From positions 77,252,001 to 77,316,000 of the forward strand of contig JBITNC010000001.1 in assembly GCA_050084985.1 (NCBI GenBank): a stretch of 64,000 nt of DNA, read 5' to 3'. Under the pieces are notes generated by a model. It ran no database searches. It saw only the letters and a list, made by a program, of their open reading frames with translations, and was not told where the DNA came from. Of this stretch, positions 12,201 through 24,200 are shown in pieces. The translations under genes were made by a program, and so were the position numbers. Source of the DNA: Nageia nagi (taxonomy: Eukaryota > Plantae > Pinophyta). Each line of letters starts with the position of its first letter. Within the stretch, counting starts at the first letter, position 1.

Positions 12201-15200
12201 CTTATTCATTCAGAAGCCTAGCATTTCAAATATGCACATTTAGAAGACTTTTATATCATTATATAGTGTCAAGGCACCTACATGAAACAAGAACAAAATA
12301 ACTAGGAATAAATGACACATCACTTTCTTTTTCTAACGTTTGGCATATGTTGGATGTGGTGCTCTGATCCTTTCCTTGAACTCCTAATGTATGGCTCATG
12401 GATGGAAGGTAGCATGTTACTCTCGCAAAAATAAGAATATTGCTTATTTAAATTAATTTATATCTATTTAAGATTATTTAATTAAATAAATTAATTTAAA
12501 TAAATATTATTTTTATTTTAAATATTTATAAATTTTTTATTTTGAATATTAAAATGAAGTTATTATTTGTTTAGAATCTTTAGATTAAATAATTATATAT
12601 TAGAATGTCAAGTATAAGTTTTTTAATATAAAAATAATAAAATAATTATTATATAAATATTGTATAAAAAATCATATAAATTTTAAAATATTATCATAAA
12701 AAATATGATTTTTATTTTTTATATATTATATGTTACATACATAATAAATTAAAATATTATTAGGGTGTAGGATGGGATATGCCACTGTGGATTACATGGT
12801 GATGAAAGGGGTGAGTTGGCCAAGGTTTGTCACGAAGGAGGCTAGAGGATATTATGGCAATATGTGCCATCCTAATCTTGGAGCTGCACAAAGGCCTTGG
12901 CAGTCATTTCGACAACAGAAGGCTATGGAACGCGACACGAAGGAGCTGTAAATTGACGTGAAGAGCCCTACATGCAAATGCAGGGATTGGGAGAGAAGGC
13001 AGTTGAAGGATTTGATTCATGTTTTAAGGGAGCCAGGGGTGGTACTTTCGCCATCAATAGAGGTGACAAAAAGTTAGACTCTTATCCAACGAACTTTAGC
13101 ACTCACGGCGAAGGGCATATTAGTAGGTATTGAGAGCATTAGGCATAAGGACTTGCGTCCTGAGCTTGCAAAACTCATAGTGAGCGATGATGTGCAGGTG
13201 ATTTTGACCAATGCAAGGTACCTGGAGTTCCTAGAACTCTTTGAGGGATTTGATGTGAATGTATCCCACCAATTGGCTAGCAGTAGGGTTGAGGTACGTG
13301 TGATAGAACAAAGTAACCTCGGAGCTAATAGCGGAAATCTCTAGTTTACCAGACGATGGGCTGAGGATTCAAAGGGACAAACACCCCTGGACTTTTTTGC
13401 TAAAGGGAAGAGAATTGGCTAGAACGGAAAATCTATTCTTCATGAGGGGTTGCCCCAACCATGGCCGAAAGTTGCAGGGACAGTAATGAGGTATATCATG
13501 CTTGACACATAGGTGACCTAGGTAAGGGGATATCACCTTGCCATCCTCAACCATATCCGATGGAAAAAAGGGTGAATATCCCATATTTTCTATTCAAGGA
13601 GCTTGAGAAATTGGCAAAGAATTTCCAAAAAGGAAGGACTAAGTTTGTGTTGCATCAGGGCCTTTTCCTTGTAATTGCCCAGTTTATGGCAAAAAAATAG
13701 AGTTGGCTGGGAGACCCAACAGATTTTGCTCCAAGGAAAAAAGAAGAGGACAAGTCGTTGGAAGAATTGGTCACTCCAAGCAACAAAGATAAGCGCAAGA
13801 AGAGCAGTAAAGAAGGGGAGTCGAGTCGGAGGAGCTCATGACGCAAGGTGAAGGTAGTGGGTTAAGGGTGAGTCAGAGGAATCATCTGGCTACAGCCCTC
13901 CTAGATCACCACTGTAACAAAGCTCGAAGGGAAAGATGAAACACTCAAAGCCTAGCAAGAGTGTTCTGTTGCATGAGCTGGGAGCGTTGTGTGGCATGTT
14001 GATGATGGGAGTGAAGAATATCATCTCCTAGGTGGACAAGGTCCAAGAATTGATGTATGATGAGTCGGAGCTCGAGGTGGACCTCTCGGCAAGTCTGTGA
14101 CAATTCTGGAATAGATCGGACTAATATAGGTTGATGTGGTAGATTTTTTTTGCCTTACAATTTTAGGCTACTACGTGTAGTTTCGGTGCCTGTAGGCATA
14201 GGATAGAATAATAATATTGTATTACTTGAAGGAACCATGTTTTTGGTGTTGTATGGAGCTTAAAAGATAATCTAAGGCACAAGGATTGTAATGGTTTATT
14301 GGTTCCCTAAAAACCACCTACTAATATTACCCAAAAAAATATTAAATTTAAATTAATAATATTATATTCTAAAAACTATATAAATATTATATAAAAAGAG
14401 TAAAATTTGAAATAATTATGATATTATATAAAATTATAAAAAATATAATATTATTAATTTAAATTAATAATATTATATTCTATGGCACTAAGTATTTTTC
14501 ATATTTAATGCAAAAAATATGCTGCACCTTATTTAAAATATTTTTTGTATTTTTGATTTGCTGTTTTTTTGCCCAATAATCTCCCATCACTGAATCTTGT
14601 TAACGTTAACCCAAACAAATATTGGCCAAATCCACATTTCATAGAATCATAACTATGGGTGATAACACAAGCCATTTGAGATATCATTGTTTCATTGAAT
14701 ACTATTTCTTACTTACATCTATATCATTGAGATTTGGAAATTGAACCTCTCGAAGTGGTCCATAGGCACACGCTCTCCAAGTGGTGTTGCATTTGAGAAT
14801 TGTTCATTGATATAAGATATTCAGATAATCAGGTTTACCATTATTGTTGGTATTTACATTCTGCTAAGCATTGATGCTATTCCAAACTGGGATATTATTG
14901 CTACTTTTTTGTAATTTGCTTAGCTGATAATTCCATCAATCAATGGCTACTTGCAAGGTTAACCTTAAGTGTCTCTGTTATCTAGGTTGTCCTAAATCAA
15001 GGATGGGTAGTAAACATTGCAATTGGTGACTATCAGTCACCACATTGGCATGTCTACTATCTTCTAAGACCAACCTCGTTGTCTTAGCAGTGAGATGAAG
15101 ACAGGGGGGTCGTATGTATATATTTAATGCTCAATTCTAGTCCACTCTTCAAATTGCCACACCAAATCACCTCCCTGAAAAATTTGACCAACTTTTTCTA

Positions 15201-18200
15201 GTATATGTTTGGAATTAGCAGGTTTTGAGAGGTGATTGATTGCAAGAGAACATTAGCAACCATGAAATGAGAAGCTGAAGAACATGGGAACAGACCCTTC
15301 TTCTATGACTATTTCTGTTTTTTTTTTAGTTTTAGTTCTGACCTGTTTGAACTTCAATAATTTAATCAACTATAAATTTTCACATTTTTATATCTCTTAT
15401 GTCAGCTTTACATTCATAATGTGATTTTTTTTTTGAATATAGAACATTTGGTTTTTCTTTTATATTCGAATGAGGGAACACAAACCATATAGTGAGACCC
15501 ATATCACAAGTCAAAGATAACAAGTAAAGGATAACAGATAATGAGACTTTTACTAATGATTTCAAAACAAATGTTTTTACGGGTTTCACTTAATCTAGGC
15601 TTCAAATAATGCATATTGGAACAAGCTGAATAGACTGGTCTTTCAGCATTGACTTTGCCTACTGTCCAGACAGATAAGATCATAAGATTTTTTAATTTTT
15701 ACAAAGGGGGTCACAAAACAGGACAATGAAATTTTTTTGAAAATGATTTCAATACAATAAATATAATATATTTAATACATGTAATATATGAATCATATTT
15801 GTAGATTTTTTAAAATAAATTGAATTAAAAGTGGATTTTTAATAAAATGTTTTGGCTGGCAATTTCAGAAAATGTCAAATAGTATGAAAACAGTGACACT
15901 AAATATACCTTAATAACAAGGTTCCACAAGGCCCCGGGAATACGGGAGTGGGGAATGCAGAATGGGGGAACGCGTTCCCGGGAACGGTAGAGGTCATTTT
16001 TAGGGAACGCCATGGAAACGGTAGGGGAGCAGTTCGCATAATACTAGTACAAAATCCCAGAATTTTTAGATTTTTAAAATTTCATTGTTTCTAATTCATT
16101 ATTGTTATCAATTCAATCATGTATACAAAACTTGGAACTGAAATTAGAAATGAAGTATGAATCAGAATATCAAAATGAGCCATAATCAATTATCATAAGA
16201 CTATAGAGATAAACATCACATAATGTCATTAAGTCTGAATCAGTCAAGGAAATGATGATAGATGTGAAATCTCAAATCAGAAATACTGAAATTTGAAATC
16301 ATGTTAGTAAAACTGTAAAATATTAAAATTAAATAGCACTAAGTAAATACATAAACTAGACTTTGACATAAAAATGTCAAATCAAAATGCCAAAAGTGCG
16401 TATAAATGAAGTGTGTTTGTCTTTGCATGCATATATAGTCACTTTTGTTAGAAGGTGAAGTCAATATCCAAATCTTTGATGTTCTTCTACATGGTGGTGA
16501 ATGGATGAGGCAGTATGGTGGTGCACCCCTTGACAAGTCTCCTTATGAGTTCTAATAACTTTTAGAGTTTGAGGGGTGAAGACATTGATGGGACCCACCC
16601 CATTGTAATTTTGCACTTTATTTTTTAATTTTGACATTAATTTTTTTTTCAAGTTGACTAGTTGCCCACAGCATGTAGAATGCCTTGATGTTCCCAAGAA
16701 CGGCCAGCCATTCCCTAGACATTCCCGAGAATGGCCAAGACATTCCCCAAGCATTCCCGGAAGGGTAGCTGTTAGGGAACAACTCCCACTCTTACGGGAA
16801 GTTCCTGGGAACTTCTCCCCGGCGTTCCCCAAAAAGGGAACATGGAGACATTCCCAAAGGCATTCCTGCATTCCCAAAATGAGGGAACGCTAGGAATGCC
16901 TCTCCCAAAGGGAGGAACGCATTCCTATAGACCCTTGCCTAATAAACATTCTCTCATACAACAAAATTAAACTGAAAAGATGTTTTTGAATAAGTGAGAA
17001 TAGTTTCAGATTCCCCTCAAAAATGAGTGCCAAAGAAAGAAAGAAAATATATTAATGTTTGTGGGTGACCAAAAACGGTCAATGAGACTCTAAGGTACAA
17101 TGTCTAAAGAAGCATGTGGGGCTCTAGCTGACCCTCACTAGAAACAAACTAAGAAAACAATATAGAAATGTAATAGAGGGGCTAATCCCTAAAAAGGAGT
17201 ACATAATCAAAAGTAAAACAGAATAATGAGGATCAATCGGGGGGAGAATTCTCATTTGAACAACCCGACTAGGCTCCCCCTAAGTTGTGTTAATTGTGGC
17301 CGCATTGACGTTGTTGGAGCTAAAGAAGGATATGATCCATTGAGACCGTAGAGGAAGAGCGTCAAAGCACACTCACTATTTGGTGTGTCACGTAAGCAGA
17401 AGAGGGTCATCTCTCCTCCTCCTACGAGCTCCCTCCTACGAGGAAGCTCGAAAGAATGAAGCAATCAGGCGGTCACCTATCAGATGTTTGGCATCAGATA
17501 AGAGATGCTTCCTAAGAAGGAACGCCTCCTTGAGATAGAGTGCTACAGAATGTTGGTCCGGGTACTGAATGAATTTTGAGATAGAGTTGTGGGAGTCTTG
17601 GAAAAAACAGTGGTATAGTCCTTGGATCTCATAATAAATCAAGCACCTGAAGATGAAATGGTCCTCAATCCCTTAACTCTAGCAAGCACAATCGAAAAAC
17701 TTGATGCTCATGTGCTAAATGGTGATCACTCTTAATCCGTAATTGGTGGCGGCACACTCTGAACTGTCCTTTCTCTTATTTGTTTGTAATAATTTCTTGA
17801 CTGTGGCTCACAAATGTTTGATATTCATAATCTTATTTGTTTATATAATAAAGTTAGCAAATGTTTTTTCTTATTTGCTCTTGGACTGGTGAGGGCCTAC
17901 CGGTAATTTAAGACAGCTGATTGATCAACTTTGCTGCTTAGCAGTGATAGAATAAAGCACTTAAAATGAATTTTTGTTTTGTGTCCTAGTTTATTGACTG
18001 CTTATTCAAGCTTTGATTGGACGCATTCAAGTCAGGATTTGAATCTTTGGTTGCCTATATTCTGAACCAAAATGATTAAATATAATGACGTAAAAACTTT
18101 TCATGTTTAAAACTGTAGCAAATGCTATCTTTCAACAAAGAGAACTGTTTTAAACTGTCACGCAGACACTCTTGAAGGAAAAGCTTGACTTCCTTCAACG

Positions 18201-21200
18201 TCATATGAACTTGTTTCAATCTCTTCCAGGCTTCTAATCTTACATCTTAAAAGAAGTGGAATGTTAGTAGGCCCATGATAATATGTTTTATTCTGAGTAA
18301 ATAGTAGCAAACACGTGAGATGCATAACCCAAGGTTAGTTATGTTTGGATGAAATGGTAATTTGTGGGTTAACACTTTACTTCCGTGAATTCACTAGGAG
18401 AAAGAGTATATACTAGGCATTGATAAAATCATTTAATTCCTTCCTTAATAAGATTCTTTCCAGGCATTATTGATATTTGAGTAAATTAACTACCATATAT
18501 TTTATTGTGCAGATTTCTTATGAACCATTTATATGATATTCCTATTACTTGTTGTCTTCTTTCATAAATAGAGTCAACATTGTACAACACTCCTTAAGGA
18601 ATAATAGGTTCGGATGTTTTCAAAGCGTTGTTGGAGTTTCAGAAGGCAAAAAGCATTTTGAAATCATGCAATGCAAAGTTTTTAGCCCTCATCCCCAAGA
18701 CTCATGTGCCGAAGGAATTCAAATTGTTTAGACCTATTAGTCTTTGTAATGTATTTTATAAAATATTGACAAAGACGATGGCAAATAGACTCGGATGAAT
18801 TCTTCCTCACATCATATCCAAGGAACAAGGGGGGATTTGTGAAGGAAAAGCAGATTGTAAATGGGATTGTTGAACTTTATGAAGCATTACATTCTGCTGA
18901 CATAGGCGACAAAAATACTTTCTTTCTGAAATTGGATATGATGAAGGCATACAATCGACTCAATTGGGCCTTTTGAAATAGGATCATGGATAAATTTGGA
19001 TTCTCAGTGGAGACAATGGATCATGGAGTGTATTTCAACGGCTTTGTTTTCAGTAATGATTAATGCTGAGCCAGCAGCGTATTTCAAATCAGGAAGAGGT
19101 ATATCTCCCCATACCTTTTTATAATCATGGCTGAGGCTCTTGGGTGTAGAATTAATGAAAGGAAGAGTAAAGGGAGGATCAAGGGCTTGAAGATTACCCC
19201 AAATTTTAGCCACCTCTTGCATCATCAATTCGTTGATGATACTATGCTTGTTGGAAGAGCTACTATCAAAGAGGCAAAAGAATTTTTAAGGGTCCTAGAA
19301 GAGTATCAAGATGCCTCACAGCAGAAGATCAACTTCAACAAGAGCAAAATTTTCTTCATCAATACCAGTTTTAGAAGGCAACGGAGTATCACTAGCATTT
19401 TTCAATGCCCATCGTATCTCTGCCAAGCACATATTTGGGAATGCCCTTCTTTCGGAAATCAAAATTAGAAATATGGAAACCACTGCTAGATAGGATTCAT
19501 CTGAAACTAGCCAGTTGGAAAGGAGTGGTTCTCAGTTCAGCAGCTAAATGTTTGCTAGTGAAAACTGTCCTTCATGGTATGCCAGTCTATTGCTCTTCAG
19601 TCTTTATGATTCCAATCTCTGTTCCTAAACAAATAGACCACATATGTAGCCGTTTCTTATGGTCTGAAGCTGATGATAGGAAAAGAATGACGTTAGTAGC
19701 ATGGAAGTTGGTATGTCGTCCAAGGTGCCAAGGGGGCTTGGCCTAAGTTAACATAAGAACTTCAACAAAGCTCTATTAGGGAACTTCTGCTGGAGGTTAG
19801 CCACAGAATCTCAGGCAGATTGGATACAAATTTGCCAAAATAAATACAAGAGAGAAAATCAGAATTTTCTAGAGATTGGAAATCCAACTAGGGCTCATAT
19901 TTCTGGAATAATCTATGCAAATCAAGAATGTTCTTATGGGACCACATTTCCTGGAAAGTAGGTGATGGAAAACAAGTATTTTTTTGGGATGATGAGTGGT
20001 AGGGAAGTCACCCGTTAGAAAGGAAAGATGAGTTACAACTTACAACAACTAGCTGTATGGGCATCCACCAATATTGGAGAAATGCTACACCACACAGAAT
20101 GGCGAGATGGCAATAGAAGGTGTAAGATTATCTCAACACCAGAAGAAGAGCTAACTCCTCAAGCTGAGATCCTTAGTAAGATGCTTGCTGAGTTTCCCCT
20201 CAGTCGGGAAGGAGCAACAGATTTGCCACTATGGAAAAGTGATGTGAATTCAGCTGTAAAAGGAAAACAGAAATTGAAATCCAATCACAGAATATACAGA
20301 AGAAATCCGGACCAAATACTCTTCTTATTCCTGAATCCACCACCTTCTCCAAGAGAATACAATCCTTTTTAAATAGCAACAAAAAAGCTAAAAAAACCAA
20401 AATGAGTCAGATTGCGCCCAAAATTTGCATGCGCATCCCTCTTACACGAATTAAGCATTATCTAAAATACCAACCCTTAACTAAGAGAAAAACAAGAGTT
20501 ATTAAAGCCGCAACATGCAAAAAAGCCTAAAAATCGGAAGTGCTATTAAAAAAGCCTATTTTTAGGACCTTAGATGGATGAATCAGGTCTTAAAAATATC
20601 ATTTTTTGGGTATGGCAGTTCTAGCGAACTACCATATTCAGAAAATCTTCATGAAGCCACAGTCCAAAATTCGGAGCAAAACGACATCCGGATCGAAGGT
20701 TACGGCCCCGGCAACGCATGCATCATTCTCCTCGAGTGAAAAAGAACTCAGCTCCTGCGAGTTCAACTGATTGAAATTCCTGAAGCTTTTGGTTATCAAT
20801 CTGCTATAACTCGGACTCTGAAACCCAAGTATTAGATGAATGTGGTAGGCCCTCCCATTGAACCAAATATCTGTTGTAGTTCCCATGCCGTGTAGTGGTA
20901 ACCCTCTTATCAAGTATACGGGCGACACAATCTTTTTTTTTCTTGGGCATCTGTTGAACCCAGTCCACTGTATCTTGTAAGCCATCATCCTCCAGATTAC
21001 CAAAATACTGAAATAAATCAGAAACATTAAAAACTAGGGAGATATCAAAATCATCAGGCAATTCAACTCTATAAGCATTATCATTGATTTTCTTCAGAAT
21101 CTTGTAGGGCCCAATCTTCTTAAGCTTCAGTTTGTTATATGTCCCTTTAGGAAATCTTTCCTTTCGAAGATGTACCATGACCAAATCACCTTCTGTAAAC

Positions 21201-24200
21201 ACTTTCACCCTTCTATGTGCATCAACGGTTGTCTTATACTGAGCATTACTATTTTGTAATTTGGCTTTCACTGATTCTTGCACTTCGTGTATATGCTCAG
21301 CAAAGGCTTCTGCCTCATCACTAACCTGTTCTCCCATTGGTAGCTCAACCAGATCCAAAAACCTCTAGGATTTTGACCATAAACTATTTGAAAAGGGGAT
21401 TTACCTGTTGACCGATTCACAGAGCTATTATATGCAAATTCAGCTTGCGATAAGGCTAGATCCCACTGCTTTGGCTTATCCCCAACTATGCATCGTAAAA
21501 GATTTCCCAAGCTTCTGTTGACCACCTCAGTTTGGCCATCGGTCTGTGGATGATAGGCACTACTGAACTGTAGCCTGGTATTCAACTTCCTCCATAATGT
21601 CCTCCAAAAATGGCCCAAGAACTTAGAATCTCGATCAGAAGTAATAGTCTTAGGAACACCATGCAACCGCACAACCTCATCAAAAAATAAGACTGCAATC
21701 TTCGTAGCATCATTAGTTTTCTAACAAGGAAGGAAATGTGCCATTTTGGAAAACCTATCCACCACAACAAAAATGGAATCCTTACCTCGTTGGGTCTTGG
21801 GTAGCCCTAGCACAAAATCCATGCTCAAATCGATCCAAGGGCCTGTAGGAATCGGGAGTGGCATGTACAGCCCTGTATTCTGTGCATGGCCCTTGGCTGT
21901 CTGGCACACCCTGCATCTAGAGACAAATCGAACCACATCTCTCTTCATCTTTGGCCAATAATACTTCTCTGCTATAAGAGTCATAGTTTTGGCTACTCCA
22001 AAATGACCAGCCAAACCTCCACTATGCAATTCCCGCAAGATGTTCTCCCGCATAGAGCCATTGGGAATGCACAATCGATTACCTTTAAATAGGTAACCAT
22101 TCTGAAGAAAATATGCATCAAAATTTGCGTGAGACTCACCCTCTACTGGGTTCTTACATTGCTGCACAATATTCTCAAAATCTGCATCAGAATCGTACAT
22201 CTCTTTGATTTGCTCAAACCCCACCACCTGATTTTCCATAGTGGTCAGTAACAAGACTCTCCTACTCAATGCATCAGCAACCTTATTTTGCTTACCAGAC
22301 TTGTGCTTCAAAATAAATGTATACTGTTGCAGAAAAGAAACCCACTTTGCATGTCTACCATTCAACTTTTTCTGAGAGTTAACATACCTCAATGCTTCAT
22401 GATCAGTAAACAACACAAACTCCTTTGAAATTAAGTAGTGTCTCCAATGCTGTAGTGCTTGCACAATCGCATAAAACTCCACATCATATGTAGAATAGTT
22501 TCGTCGGGCATCATTCAACTTCTCGCTAAAGAATGCAACTGGTCTGCCCTCCTGACTCAACACACCTCCAATTCCAACAAAAGATGCATCACAATCAACC
22601 TCAAATACCTTGTTGAAATCTGGTAACACTAGAACAGGGGCTTCTGACACCTTCTTCTTCAGGATCTCAAAACTCTCTCCTGCTGCCTTGGTCCATACAA
22701 AATCCTTTCCCTTTGTGCACTCAGTTATTGGGGCAGCTATACTGCTGAAGTTCCTAATAAACTTTCTATAAAAAGAAGCTAGCCCATGGAAGCTCCTCAC
22801 CTCTGTCATAGTTCGTGGAGTAGGCCATTCCAAAAGCACCCTCACTTTCTCATCATCCATTCGCATGTCGTCTCTTGAGATTACAAATCCCAAAAATACT
22901 AGACTATTCTGAGGAAATCTGCATTTCTTCAGGTTCACATACAATTTCTCCTTCCTGAGCACATCTAAGACCAATCTTAAGTGGAACAAATGCTCTTCCT
23001 CCCCTTTGCTATAAATCAAAATATCATCAAAATACACAACTACAAACTTACCATTATATTCTCGCAGAACTCTATTCATCAATCGCATGAATGTACTAGG
23101 TGCATTAGATAACCCAAAGGGCATCACCATCCACTCGTACAATCCATCATTTGTCTTAAAAGCTGTCTTCCATTCATCGCCTTCTCGAATTCTGATCTGG
23201 TAGTAGCCACTTCGCAAATCAATTTTACTGAAGTATTGAGCACCAGCTAATCCATCCATCATGTCATCAACCCTTGGCATTGGTATCGATACTTTATTGT
23301 GATCTTGTTGATGGCCCTACTGTCTACACACATCCGCCATGACCCATCTTTCTTTGGGGTTAATAAGGCTGGAGTTGCACATGGGCTCATACTCTCCCGA
23401 ATTAATCCCTTCTGTATCAGCTCTGTCACTTGCCTACTCAACTCTACATTCTGCGTGGGATTCAATCGATAGGCAGCCTGATTCGGAAGAACTGATCCTG
23501 GGATCAGGTCCATGTGATGTTGGATATCCCTTTTTGGTGGTAACCCATCTGGCAACTCCTCTGGTGTGACGTCCTCATACTCTCGTAGCAATTTAGCTAC
23601 TACTGTGGGTATAACTACTTCCCCTTCCTCTACCTTTTTAGCTATTAAGGCATAACAGAAGCTAGCACCCTTAATTTCTGCAAGAAACTCCTTTGTTGCC
23701 AATAAGCTCTCACTTGGCCCCTCCTCCTTCATGGGTACCAAAACTATCTTTACACCATCCTTCCAGAATGTGTGAGTATTTTTTTTCCCATTATGTTCTG
23801 AATCTCTATCATACTGCCATGCCCTTCCTAACAGGATATGACATGCATCCATCGGAATCACATCACACCATACAATGTCCTTGTATGCCTTCCCAATGGA
23901 AAAGCGTACTAAACACCTCTTATCAACAATCACTGTATTCTTTTTCTTAATCCAGGAAACACGATAAGGGGTTGGATGGGCCTCACATTTTAACTGTAAC
24001 TTATCCACCATGACATCAGAGACCAAATTTTCACAACTCCCTCCATCAATGACCATGTTACACACCTTTCCTCCTGAAGTGCATCTTGTGCGGAAAATGT
24101 TATTACGCAACCAAGAGTCCTTCTTATCCCCTTCCTGCATGCTTACTTTCTCAGGAACAGCAAGGGTCCTTCTTATCATGAGGGTTTCACCCGTGTCTGC

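Noticed and set aside
16339-16893. Overlapping ORFs of 65-138 aa
   Set aside because: By-product of GC-rich subterminal repeats of the hAT element; no transposase motifs.
17030-17645. GC-richer segment, possibly a retroelement 3' fragment
   Set aside because: No recognisable motif, tail or TSD.
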